From Pseudovirgaria hyperparasitica (Eukaryota): a DNA stretch of 64,000 nt. Positions 12,408-28,764 of this stretch are shown one piece after another. The number at the start of each line of letters is the position of its first letter. Positions within the stretch are counted from its first letter, which is position 1. The position numbers and the translations under genes were made by a program. The notes beneath the pieces were generated by a model. The model saw only the letters and a list, made by a program, of their open reading frames with translations, did not search any database and had not been told where the DNA came from. The stretch lies in assembly GCA_010093815.1 (NCBI GenBank), contig ML996582.1; one strand, written 5' to 3'.

Positions 12408-15400
12408 TGGAAGCTTTATTGAAGTAGAAATCTTTGGATTTGAAAATTGAAGTGTGTTTGGGGCACGTAAGAGCAAAGAGTTAGGTTTGAGTTTCCTTTT
12501 CAATGCTGATGTAGGAGGAAAGAAGAGGGAGAGGGATTGGGCTGTAGATAAACGTGGGCTGTGCACAGTCCTGGGGCAGGATCAAAATCATGCCGGGCCA
12601 GAGTTCGATTGACTGATTGTGCGGCTCAATTTGGTGAGGTGGGTTGATTTTGACTCAGTACCGCGGAAAAGGGGGCCGTAGACATCCGCGCGGCAGCAGA
12701 ATAGGGGAAGAGGTGGACCTCGGACCCGGTCGGAGTCCTGCGGAAGGTCACATTGCTGCAATGAATAGACGCGCGATAGCGTTTATGGCGATAGTTTCCA
12801 TGGGCGTCCGCTCAACATGTCCGGAGTAGGGTTGTTCATTACTCATAGCAATTCCCGGCTCTTGAAGGAAGAGAGGTTACAAGACAAACGGGTGCCGCCG
12901 GATCCCTCGGTACCAAAGTCGAGTGATAGGAGATGGAATCGCCCAAGAACGACCAAAAGTATAAATCGTCAGTGGGTATAGGAGACCGATGCGGCGGCGA
13001 TGTGAGCGCCGTTAGTCCTGGAACGGACTGTGCGAGATCGATGTGGCCGCATTAGGTGGGTGTTTCGATCTTCGATTTTCGATCTTGCGTTCTTGCAGAC
13101 GGGCACAGTCGATAATCGATACCAGACACCCGCTGAAGAGCCGGAGGGGCATCTGGGAGTTGGGTCCACCTTTTCGAAGCCCCTCTGATTGTGCGTGTAA
13201 GACGTTAGCGAAATAAGCGATGTGGCATGATTGTTCGTGGGTAGCAATCGAGTGCAAGCAGTGTTTCGCAGCGTTAATTTATGAGTAGGTATATGTAGGG
13301 AGGTACCATCGCTGGGCTTTAGATGGGATATGGCATGGATATAACAGCTCAGGAGTGCAGTCTCACTAGTGGGTTCGGATAAGAATCGAGGTGTCCGACG
13401 GGTAGCAAGAGCTTATTAAGGATGAAGTATCAGCAACGAAGCGTAGGGTGAAGGGTACATCGACCGGATTTGAAGTGTTAGCTGACGTGGAGGCGTATAG
13501 ACATCAGCATGACAAGTAGGAAGCTGACCTAACAAAGCTTTCCCAACGGGTATATGCCTCAACCATTTGATAGTCAATTACAATCAAGGAGTGATAACAA
13601 AATCTAGTTAAAGGATCCTAGTCGTAAGGATACAATGTGGAACTGTTTCTCTGCGGCAAATGAACACTCTGCGGGATCTTTAGATCTCTCCGCCATATAC
13701 CCCATGTCTCTTATTATAAAAGGCGGGCGCGATCATCACAGTGTGAGGTCGTGGTGAGGCTTGTGCAGCGACTAGCAAGACAGTATTCGAGCATAGAAGA
13801 GGTCTGGTGTGTAGTCGGCGAGGAGAGAGTGGTAGTATTCCGCATGGGTATTCGGCGAGCGACGGATGTATCTGGTGACTGTGATGCGGGCTGCGGGCGG
13901 TAGGTCTAGGTATACGAGTGGTATGCTGTATGAACGACGCAGTAATAGCTGCAACGAAGAGCAAAGAACCTGGTCAGAGGCGTGAGCTCATTTTGACTAT
14001 GTGCACCACAGGCGTCAGAAACAAATGACCGGATGCCGTTCATAATTCCAGTAGGAGGCGACCAGCCATGTTACGCGTGTGAAAAAACACACTCCATAAG
14101 TCGAAAATGCACATATATCTCCACGGCCACAAAGTCCACAATGTCATACGTGATAACCTCTTAGTAATGGCCAGCAGATATTCGAAAAGTCAACATCCGC
14201 GGTGAATGCGAGGCGGGAGAAATAGGATAGATACCTCAAGTAGGTATGATCAAAGCCCTGGGGGTCTTAAGGTTGTAGGGCTGTTAGAATGTCCAGTATC
14301 TGGTGGGATTTATAGGCAATGATCTAGCTAGAGAGGTGACTAGTCCTTTAGGTAGCTTGGTAGTTAGACTTCGTAGAGGGAGGAAGTCGCGTCCCAGGAG
14401 AAAGCGCAGGCTGATACGCGGGTATGGGAGGGAAATGACCGCAGGCAAAGGACTGTCCATTCGGTATCAGTCAAAATAAGAGTACGACCACTGGCTTAAG
14501 GTTTTCAAGACTCTAAGAGCTCTGGACATTTCAGATCTACAAGGAGTAAGATGTTCAATAATTATAGAGTTTCAGATTTAGAACCTTCCAGAATGATTAA
14601 ATATAAGAATAAAGAACTTTAAGAATCATGACCTGTAAGCATTAAGATAGTTACTAATGATAGTACTTAATATAAGAACCTTTAAGAATTATACCTGACT
14701 AGCATTCAAACTCTTAAAAAGATTAAAAGTTAAGATGATAGCATCCGGCTATACATATACATTTACAGCCTCTAGAAGGAATAGATATGTAACATCTCCA
14801 AAAGACCTTCGAAACACCGCCCATGCAAATCACGGCGCAAGCAAGGAATCAAATCTCCATATACACTACGCACCATATTGTGACCGATACAACCATGAAC
14901 ATCCATCAACTCCAAACCTCCTTACAAGGCTGCAGCAACGCTTCATAAGATCATCTAATAACAGACAGTATTCTCCCTAGCAATCTTAAACTTAAAATCC
15001 CCCCGAGGCCGCGAGGCAGCGAAAGCTTCATTATCTAATTAAGTCTGTCCTAGACGCTCCACTAACTTCGAGATATACTATATCCGCGTTCCTAATTACG
15101 TACTGACTGAGCGCGGCTAAGAAAAGCGAAGTGCAATCCGGACTTCTAGTGCCTGTGATCAGTACTAAAAAACAGGATATATTAGGAATGCATGTCTTCT
15201 AGAATATAGTCGAGTAGAGGTATAGAAGAAGCATGTCTATTCAATACTACTAACATTATACATATATTATAAAGATTACATGAGGAAATACATACATAGA
15301 CAAGAAACACGAATGTGACTGTTTGGATATGAGAGGTGTCTGGTTGTGAGGACAGTTTGTCCTTCTGTAGCGCCCCCGCCTGTCAGACGACGCCACAGAA

Positions 15401-16956
15401 TGCTCAAGCTCATGCATCTAGCGTCGTAGGACGGATGAATCGAGAGGGCATGGCATGTAACCGCATCCTATCGCGGTCAACTATGAATAGATAAGGAAGG
15501 TATGTCCTAATACAACCTAAGAAGTCTCCAGCTACCTCAGCTAGTCAAGGATCTACATGACATAACAAGTCTACTCACGTCCTCTCAACGGAGATGCCAT
15601 TACCTTCTAGACCACAGGAACGTGCAGGTACCCAACCATCCACCCATATGCCCACAATCGCAAAGGAGCAATGCATCCCATCTGCGGAGAGTCAATGAGC
15701 TCAAAGGGTTCATTCTCCCTGGTATCACCACTAGCTTGGGACTATGAATCAATCATATTATCCACAATCTTATCTCCTCATGGTGTGATACGTCCCTACC
15801 TAAGTCGGCTCCCAAGACGAGACTTTCGACGAGGCTAGAATTGCTAGACCTTCCTGCTTGCTGCTAGAGAACGCATGACATTGGAGTCTGACTAATGTAA
15901 GTGGGTAAGTGGATACCGAGCACTGCCCACAAGTCAAACGGGAGAGTGACGAATTCTTCCTTTCTCAGGAGAGGACATGTTGATTTAGTTAGATAACATC
16001 CTTCTCCTCTTCCTCTTTCTCTTCCTCCTACGACAACGATGACGATAACGACGAAGACGATGACAACGAATGCACCTGGTGCAATAAACGTGGCTCCACA
16101 TTCAGAAGGCCACAAATACCAAGATTGTCAGAAGCCTACCCATCAAACAAGCAAACCCCCCCGGTCCCCTTCCAAACACGAAACGAAAGAAATACAAAGT
16201 CAGAGCATAGTTTGGTGACGCTGTAGCAAGGCCGCTCGCCCTAGGATGGCCCAAGACTTTGTGACACGGAAGACTCTAGATCAATTTGAAGACTGTTCAA
16301 TAAGGCTATGAACCAGCCTATTCATCACGAAAGCAAAAGAGCACAATATAATCGAAGTTTTGCCATGCTTCGTAGCAGGCACAGTCTGATGTCTACAGAA
16401 CTATCCCATACTACACATCTGGCGCCATGTCAGCATACCTTTCCACTGTTTCTGACTAGCCGCATCTCTATTGGGGAGCCTCTAGCTTTACAGCAACAGT
16501 GCCTAGATACTTGGCCATGGCTTGGAAACACCCCAATAACATGAACGTGACGTCATTGTGGGTATCGTTATCTATGCTGTGATGGAGTCTATGAAGTAGA
16601 ATTGTTAGTGATCAGGGGCGCTCGGAGATGTTGGTTCAATGTTCCGATCGTAGAGCACTCAAACGATCATCCGTGGCTAGGACCGGCTGATGAAGCAAGT
16701 CTATGAGGAAGCGAGCGCAAGCGAGCGAAACTTTGAAAATGTCGAACCTGTGGCACAATTTCGATGCTACACGATACTAGTTAGCGCAGAAACAATGTCT
16801 GAAGCATCATGTAGCTCACCATTTTGGACAATTGCCCCATCCTCCCAATCCATGTCTTAGACTATTTATCCTTTGACAACCTTCTTTCCTGCCTGCATAC
16901 ACGCATGACAATAGTTGTGACGAAAGCCGCAACACCGACAGTGCCTACATGCGGAC

Positions 16957-18305
16957 TCAAGTGAGGAGATCAGCCACTGTTTGAAAATTAGTGCTCTACA
17001 ACTTGTGGTTTTGACCTGTCTTACCGTTCATAGGCATTTCATCGATCTGAGTGGAGTAGTATACTAAGTCTGATTAGCCCTTGTACAATATCCGTGTTTG
17101 TATTCGACTTACGTTCAATGTCTCGAAGTATCCTGACGTCTTCGCTGGTGACGAAGTTGATCGCAACGCCCTTGCGGCCAAATCTGCCACTGCGGCCAAT
17201 CCTGTGAATGTAATTCTCACGGTTGCTTGGCAGATCGTAATTGATTACAAGGGATACTTGTTGGACGTCAATCCCTCTAGCCCAGACATCCGTGGAGATC
17301 AAGACGCGAGAGTTTCCCTGGCGAAAGTCCTGCATGATACTATCTCGCTCTTTCTGAGGCATATCGCCGTGCATCGAAGAAACCGTGAAATTTGCCGCGC
17401 GCATCTTGTCGGTCAACCAGTCAACCTTTCTGCGAGTATTGCAGAAAATGACAGCTTGTGTAATAGTTAGCGTGTCATAAAGGTCGCATAGAGTGTCGAA
17501 TTTCCACTCTTCTTTTTCGATTGCAATGAAATACTGCTTCAACCCCTCTAGTGTCAATTCATCACGCTTGACCAGGATTCGGACAGGATCCGTCATGAAT
17601 TTTGTCGTCATATCGAGAACATCGTATGGAAGGGTAGCAGACACGACAACGACTTGCGTGGCAGGAGGTAGGTATCGGTATACGTCGTATATTTGTTCAC
17701 GGAATCCGCGATTTAGGAGCTCGTCGGCCTCATCGAGCACCAGCATTTTGATCTGGCGAGTGCGCAGGTTTCGACGGCGGATCATATCGGCGACACGACC
17801 GGGGGTCCCAGAAACAACATGCTGACCGTAGTCAAGTTTGCGGATATCCTCGCCGACGTTTGTACCTCCAATACATGCGTGGCACTGGACATTCATGTAA
17901 TCTCCAAGTGCCATGACAACGGACTGAATCTGAGTTGCCAACTCGCGGGTAGGGGAGAGAACAAGGGCTATGAGACAGTCAATTTTGGTTGTAACCTTCG
18001 TATGTATTGTCGAGCTTACCCTGTGTTTCTCTCACAGCGGTATCAATGACTTGGAGGATACTGATGGAAAACGTAGCAGTTTTACCGGTACCAGACTGTG
18101 CTTGAGCGATGGTGTCGCGACCTTTGCAAACTTGGACAATAGCGCGAGATTGAACAGCCGAGGGCGATTCATAGCCATATGCGTAAATACCACGAAGTAG
18201 GTTCTCTTTTAGGTGCATAGCCTCGAAGGTGGGCGCAACAGTGACCTCCTTCGAGGTCGAGAACTCCATGCGTTCATCTGCTTTTCTGTCGATACCGTCC
18301 GTCAT
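16957..18305 (-). CDS. FAL1: ATP-dependent DEAD-box RNA helicase eIF4A-III / Fal1; introns 18019-17968, 17112-17064, 17024-16977
   Basis: [40 protein letters not shown]; spliced C-terminus [18 protein letters not shown]. Confidence 0.97.
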
Positions 18306-18386
18306 GATTGTTGCTATTGTAGAAGAAATTCGGGTGGTAGATGGTATAAGGCGCGATGCAAAGGGGCCCACGATTGAGTCGCGGTC

Positions 18387-18395
18387 AAAATTTCA
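18387..18395 (-). promoter_or_regulatory. RRPE-like element (TGAAATTTT) about 80 nt upstream of FAL1
   Basis: Matches the rRNA-processing element consensus upstream of a ribosome-biogenesis helicase; short motif, could be chance. Confidence 0.35.
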
Positions 18396-18794
18396 GTGCG
18401 GTCTTGCAGAGGAACAATCCATAGCAGAACGGACGAGATGCACTGGATGACTAAGCGCGAAGATACCTTAGGGTAGTAGCCTGTAGGTGCCTTACTGGTA
18501 CCCACTAAGGCACTGGACACTGAAAGTCTTGGCAACGAAGCTGCACAATACGATCTTCCACATAGGACGTCAGCATTAGGCGGTAGCAACGTTCACTATG
18601 TACTATAGAGTCGCATTGATAATTCTTCCTAGTCGCTGCCTAGCTGCTTCTTTCACTGTACAAGAACGCCTGTTGATATGCATAGAGTCGCTCGCCGTCT
18701 GCGGAGCTAACTTCTCCAATCCAATCCTCCAAGCACGCTAGGCAGACCACAGCAGCTCTAATATATAAATGTATATATCAAAGGTCTGTATAGT

Positions 18795-22537
<3,743 letters not shown>

Positions 22538-23589
22538 GGTCAAGAGTGGCGTGGAAAAGATGGAGGAGGGGTCGCGGTGGCTTCAAAAGAAGCTACCTTC
22601 TCTGCCGAACGCGAAAGAGAGAGAAAGTGCAGGGCGAGAGAAATCGTGCTTGTTGGCACGGGAGACCGGAGCAACAGTTTCTGGAAGCGCACAATACAGC
22701 GTACAGGATGATTCTGGCTGGGCGTGAGAGGATGGATGTCAAGATTGAGGTACGTAGCGGCAGCTCGCTAAAGCGGCAGAGCGCACAGAGCAATGACGAA
22801 TGGGAGCACTGCACCGGAGATATGCAACAGTGCTATGTATTAAGGTTAGATGTGAGGCAGCAGAGTATCGCGCTATATGGGGATACCGTCCTGGTGTCAA
22901 TTGTTGGTTCATGAATGAGGACTACTATGTACAACCCCGCTGATTCAGACTTTATATCACAAACCGGACCTATATCTGAATAACTCTTCGGAGCCAGCAA
23001 GCTACTATGCAATCAATGCCAGCATGTACATTCGGTAATGTTTGGGATGTTAACAGGAGCGACTGTCACGCGTGAGAACTTTGCTATGAAATGCAAGGTT
23101 CTGTTCTCTTTGCCTAGGCAATTGACAGGACACGAACAACGCATTCAGTTTGTATGTCATAGCGATAGTCTCAACATCGAAAATGTTAAGACACAACCAT
23201 CTGTACAAATCCTGAAGGGAGTTCGGCGCCGGCACTGTAGGTCGTCGTATGAACGACACAAGACGAGTTGTTGGGTGAAAAATGATGTCGAAGTCATGTC
23301 ACCGACTGAACAGGGATCTAAGTTTTCCAGTAGCATGGAACACTTCAACAGGTAGAAAGTAAGCCTAGGGGGTGCGTGTGCTTGTGCGGGGGCACTGAGG
23401 GGAGCAGCCAGCAAAGGCAAAGTTTGGCGGGGCTCAAGCTGTCTGTATCCATCGATCTATCCCCTGTTCGGTAGCACAGGGCGAGGTCTTTTTAACGTCG
23501 TCTGCTAATTTAGAGCTTTGAGCTGTGCTGTGAGCCTAACTCACTCCTCATGTCGCCCTGCCTACGTCCTTTGCACACATATCTTTTCG

Positions 23590-25125
23590 ATGTTTCTACC
23601 CAGGACATCTCCAAATTGCAGCAATGTTTCGAGAAAATCGATACTCTATCTGAGCTCGACAAGATATGCTTGTCGAGCACTGAGCCATGTCCATCGCAAG
23701 CATGCGGCATATCGGCCATCAACTGCTCTCGATGAGTACGCGACCTCCTCTGAGCCACATTTGATGTGGGTTCTTCGACATGTGCTGACATCCGGGCGTC
23801 AGTTGGGTGCAACGTGAAGCCAGACCTATCAGTCTGCGTCAATTGACATTCTTTGGGAGAACATTGACTCAGTCACGTTTGCTCGAATCTGCAAATTATG
23901 TGCGCACAGAACTGCCTACACGGTACCATGCCTTGAACCCGAATTCAACGTAGTAGAGGAGACTGATACTGTGCATATAGCATAGCACATCGCTTGCGCG
24001 ATATGCAGACACTTCCGTACGTAGTCGTAACTAACCCTCATATCTCACACGTATACGATCTATATTTCAAAGCTTTTGAGAGATTTCGACGAATCCCTGA
24101 GATCAAATCGCTGGAAGAAAATGATAATTATGTTAAAATTGTGAATGAGACACTCCGTGAGCATGCCACGATCATACCGCGACTGGCCACAGGCGTTCTG
24201 GAAATCCAGGGTCTTATGGAACCAGAAGAGACGGACAAATTTATGACCACACTCTTGAGATCGGTAGGCAGTGACCAACTATATTTCGTTTCTATCTCAC
24301 TAACCACACTCCATTGCACAGCGCATATCACGACGAGTGATAGCCGAACAACACCTTGCTCTGACCGATACATTTCATTCGCCATGGCATTGTCCAGAAT
24401 CCAAGATCGAGGAGCCTAACAGTGATTTTGTTGGCGAGATCTTTCTGCGATGCAATGCCAAAGAAATCGTGGAAAGATGTGCGACTGCCACCCAGAAGCT
24501 CCTTAGACAGTCGTATGGAGCCTCTTGCCGTATTCCGGAGGTCAGAGTAGAGGGACATTTGGACGCCACATTCCCGTACATCGTGACTCACTTGGAATAC
24601 ATTGTTGGAGAGTTACTGCGTAACTCAATTCAAGCCGTCGTTGAACAGCGGAAATATCGTGATGTGGACCCACCGCCAATCGAGGTCCTGATATGCGAGA
24701 CACGCCAACATGTAATTCTTAGGATTTCAGATCAAGGAGGTGGTGTGCCACGAGAGATCTTGCCATATCTATGGTCTTTCAGTAAAGGGCCAAGGCGAGA
24801 GAAACGTCTGCATAACCTCCACCAAGTTCCAAAAATGCTTGGAACGCTCCAAGAAGTCAAGGCATCCTCAGATCAAAGCTCGATCGTGAATGACACTGCG
24901 GGAGACTCAAAACATCGCTCTTCTCTATCTTCACTTGCCAGTCGCTCGCCCCAGCTACGCTTAGGTATCGGGCTGCCAATGAGCAGAATATACGCAGAGT
25001 ACTGGGCCGGAAGCCTAGAGCTACATAGCCTCGAGGGATATGGCGTTGACTGCTTCCTCCAGGTATCTAAGCTGGGCAACAAGAACGAGAGGCTTACGAC
25101 TAGAGCGAGCATGGACGCCGTTTAA
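23590..25125 (+). CDS. Mitochondrial pyruvate / branched-chain alpha-ketoacid dehydrogenase kinase (Pkp2-like); introns 23736-23802, 23923-23980, 24264-24321
   Basis: SLRQLTFFGR, ELPTRIAHRLRDMQTLP, ELLRNS (N box), ISDQGGG, GIGLPMSRIYAEYWAGSL; Arg/Ser-rich presequence-like N-terminus; start codon inferred. Confidence 0.92.
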
Positions 25126-25315
25126 GAAACCCCTACTTCTATGCAGCCACCATACGCAGTGCGTCTCGGTCCTGCATGTTGGAGCTTGCTCTCAACCGTT
25201 TATTGTGGATTCGCACCTGCTTCTTCCAGTCGGCGAGCGGGAAGTTGCAAGTCAGGCTGTCTTCTAGCCTACCTTCCTCGCGCTTCCAGTAACAACAGTA
25301 TAAACAATCGTCCAG

Positions 25316-25410
25316 ACACTCGGCATCAACACGACACAAATACTCAGCATCAACACAACACAACACAAATACTCAGCATCCACACCACACAAATACTCAG
25401 TATCAACACA
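25316..25410 (+). repeat. Degenerate minisatellite, about 22-30 bp units containing ACACAAATACTCAGCATC
   Basis: Three clear and one degenerate copy between the kinase stop and the next ATG. Confidence 0.8.
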
Positions 25411-25442
25411 GTATCTCCGCTATTAGCACATGTTATCTAGGC

Positions 25443-27701
25443 ATGGAGAATCTTAAGAGCTTCGTTAAATCATTGTCCAACATGCTTTTTCAACCTATCG
25501 GAGTATGCCTGTTCCTGTCTACTTCGTCAGAGGATACTAACACATACAGATCAAGGGGCGATTACCTCTTCGTAACCATGGTTATTCTGATGACCTTGAC
25601 GCCCTCTCCATACGGTTCATCCTCGATGGTCTCGCTCCAAATCCTGACAGTACTGAGGTTGAACTATATCTTCCTCAGACTCGCGAAGGCCCAGCTGGAC
25701 CCCCTGTGCCTACTCTACTTCCAGGAGCCATCGAACAGCACAGTACAAGCTCGGTGTGGAAGGGTCCTATCACGCATATTCGCGAGATTTATCATTGGGA
25801 GAAGTGTTTGCGGGCTTGCCTCGAGAACCTGTTAGCGATGACATTGCTGAAGGAATTTCGACAGGCTGCAAAGCGTCAGATCGGTAAGTTGGGGAACATC
25901 GCTCGAACATTGAACCGAATGCTTACACGGTACAGTGAGATTGAAGCCACGTACCGCTGGCAGAATGCTCTGTCACTTCGCGAATAGTGCTGGTCGAAAG
26001 ACGTTTCACATCGTACTGGAAGACCTCTTGACAGACATGATCGAGCTTTACAACAATGAATTTGCGGATGCGGACCAGTCAGTATTCGCACTTTATGGGG
26101 ACCTTCGAGACGAATTGGTCGCATTTCTGCGAACTCACGACTGTTTCCAAGAAGTTCAGGGTGTATACATGCTGATTGACGTGGATCTTCATGCTGCGTG
26201 CGACGGCCCTCACAAAGTCAATTTGACTGGAACCACCACGTGGAAACATCCCTCAATCACGTTCATAAGCTTAAAGACTAGAGTCTTAGCTGGCGAACCC
26301 GTTGCTCTCTTCTTACACTACGATGCCCCGTTGATGTCTGACGCATATCCCTGCGGCGTTACTCCAGAATATTGCATCGACTCAAATGACATGCCATGGC
26401 AGTGGATTACTGGATCCCAAGGATTTGTTTGCGAGGCACCGATCAGTCTTGTTGACTCCGTCAAGTCTTCTCCTCTGAAACACAATACCTCAAAATCCAA
26501 ATTTGTGACCGTGAGTGACATCAAGGCCATTCTTGACACGCATTTTCCCGGGCGTATGAAGCATGAACGAATTTCTCGCATCCGTGTCAGGCTTGAGATA
26601 GCAGCACACGATGACATGAATTCGCAGACTTGGCGTCGGGATAGACAATTCATGCACATCAACTATGATAATGGGTGCCTTGAGCCAAGATACGATTTTA
26701 CTGGAGTAGATGTATCACAGGACCACTACTCTGCAACAACAAGGGAGCTAAACCCGTACGCGTACCCACCACCGGGCCCTTACTGGCTGAAACAGTACGA
26801 AATCGAGAATGGAGAGCCGTTCCAATTCGAAACTACTAAGGAGATTATGGACAGAGAGGACAAAGAACTTTTCGGACCCTTGGGCTACAGTACTGTTCAT
26901 GGTTACCCATCCAAAACCAAGAACGTAAGTGTACAAAGATATCGGTTGCCTAAGAGGGCATCATGGCAAGCACTTGTGGTGCCTCAAATGGAATCTACAG
27001 AGCAGCAGTCGGAACGACTTGAGGACTTACAGGAGAGGGCTGACAGTTGTTTTGATGCGGATGCCCTCAATGCGGCTCTCTCGCACTCTCCGGCTGCATT
27101 GACGCCACCTGATTCAAGAAGCAGTCCTTCAAGTGAAAGTGAGGCTGGACCTGGGGCAGATGCGAGCGGACTTCGAGCAAAGACTCTCAACGTATTCAAT
27201 TTCACCGTCGAAGATTTGCCGAGCTGTAATGAAGGGAAGCTTGAAGTTCTCAGCGTTCCTTCTCGTCAGGATAGCTTGATAGGTGGACCCTTCAGTGCGG
27301 ATATCGATGGCAGCCCGGGAAAAGAGCAGACACCATCCAGTGTTCGGGTAAACGCTTTAGACGGTACACTAGATATGCATTCCCGAAACAAGATTGAAAA
27401 CGAACTCGCGACAAACGAGGAGACAAAGCCTGATCAGAAGGACATCCGTACGTACTTTGAACAGTGTTTGGCCAAGACAGCCAGCGCGTCGAATATCGCT
27501 GTGCTCACCAAAGACAACAAGGATCTAGAAGAGGAAAAGGTCTACGAAAGCTTTTTCCTCGATATTCGCAGCTCAGGGGCTAACTCTTCAATTGCAGCCG
27601 TGGAACGTCTCGACGAGGATTCCAGGGCCGTTGATGACCAGGATTCTATGCTGGGATCCAACGAAGATCTCGACATGGATATGGTGGCCGACATGGAGTG
27701 A
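25443..27701 (+). CDS. Hypothetical protein (about 720 aa, acidic low-complexity C-terminus); introns 25503-25549, 25884-25935
   Basis: Two canonical introns join three ORFs in frame to the 588-codon terminal exon; no family recognised. Confidence 0.8.
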
Positions 27702-28764
27702 TACAAGGGAGGAGAACGGCTGTGGACTGTCGGGAGTACCAGGAGGAGGACACTTTGGTACTACCTGGTGGTATATGATCATGAGGTGGTTTCAAACTGG
27801 TTTTCAGTTCCTTTGGCGCATGTTTGAGATTTCGCACGCGCGCATCGGGCCGCATTTCTATCGCTTAGCCTCCCTCAACGGGGAGTGATGCAGGTATGTA
27901 GCTGTTATTCGCAGATTATCCTCTCCCTTGTGTTCCTGTTTTGTGTCAGGTGTGTTGGCATGCACGGATCAGAGAGATAGGAAAAGGACAAACCTGAATC
28001 TTTCTTTACCTGATCGCCCATAGCTTGGTAACGGGACTCATTGATTAGCCTCTTGCACGCTAGCATGTCTACACTGTAGGGTAGCAATATATGAAGGTGT
28101 CAAGCAACTATCTTGTATAACATTGCTGTTGTTTCGACAGTGCTAATGCTCAGGCCGCTACTATATACCAGAAATGGATAGACGCATGTGCATGTGGGAG
28201 CGGCTTCTTGGCGCTGATCAAAAGCCACTTTCCTACCTGCTTAGGGGGTAAGGTTCGGCCGTGGAACCAGCCACTGAGCTTCAAGGTGACACTCGAAACT
28301 ACTGCCGCGCATGTCGCTATTGCTGGCCGCCAAAATGACATTCTTCCTGCCCATCCGCCACTGAATACAATCCATTTCCTTTACTGCTTCGTCCGGCGTA
28401 TTCACAATTGGCTTCTCTTACTCGTCTTCTTCATGTTGATCTTCAGATTGCCCTCCCAGCGCGTCGATAACGCGCGAGTTCCATTCCCTACCTACACGAA
28501 TCCTGACTGTCGCAAACTCGATATAGTCTTGCGTACACCTTTTTATACCTATACGTGACGCCTTGGTATATATCCATTAAACATGACGTCCTGAAAGCCG
28601 CAGGCACTCGCAATTCGCGTGGCTCCATTCATATCACCCCTTACAACCCTCTGTCCTAAAACTTCTCGTCATCCAAAGACAGGGCTTGAAGCCGAGCATA
28701 ATTTTGAGTTGTTTTTGCGGATCAATACGAGTTTTTCTGAGCACTGGCTCGCAGCTTTGCAGAA

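Noticed and set aside
25316..25410. Spaced repeats as a CRISPR-like array
   Set aside because: Eukaryotic context, no unique spacers, no cas genes; a simple minisatellite
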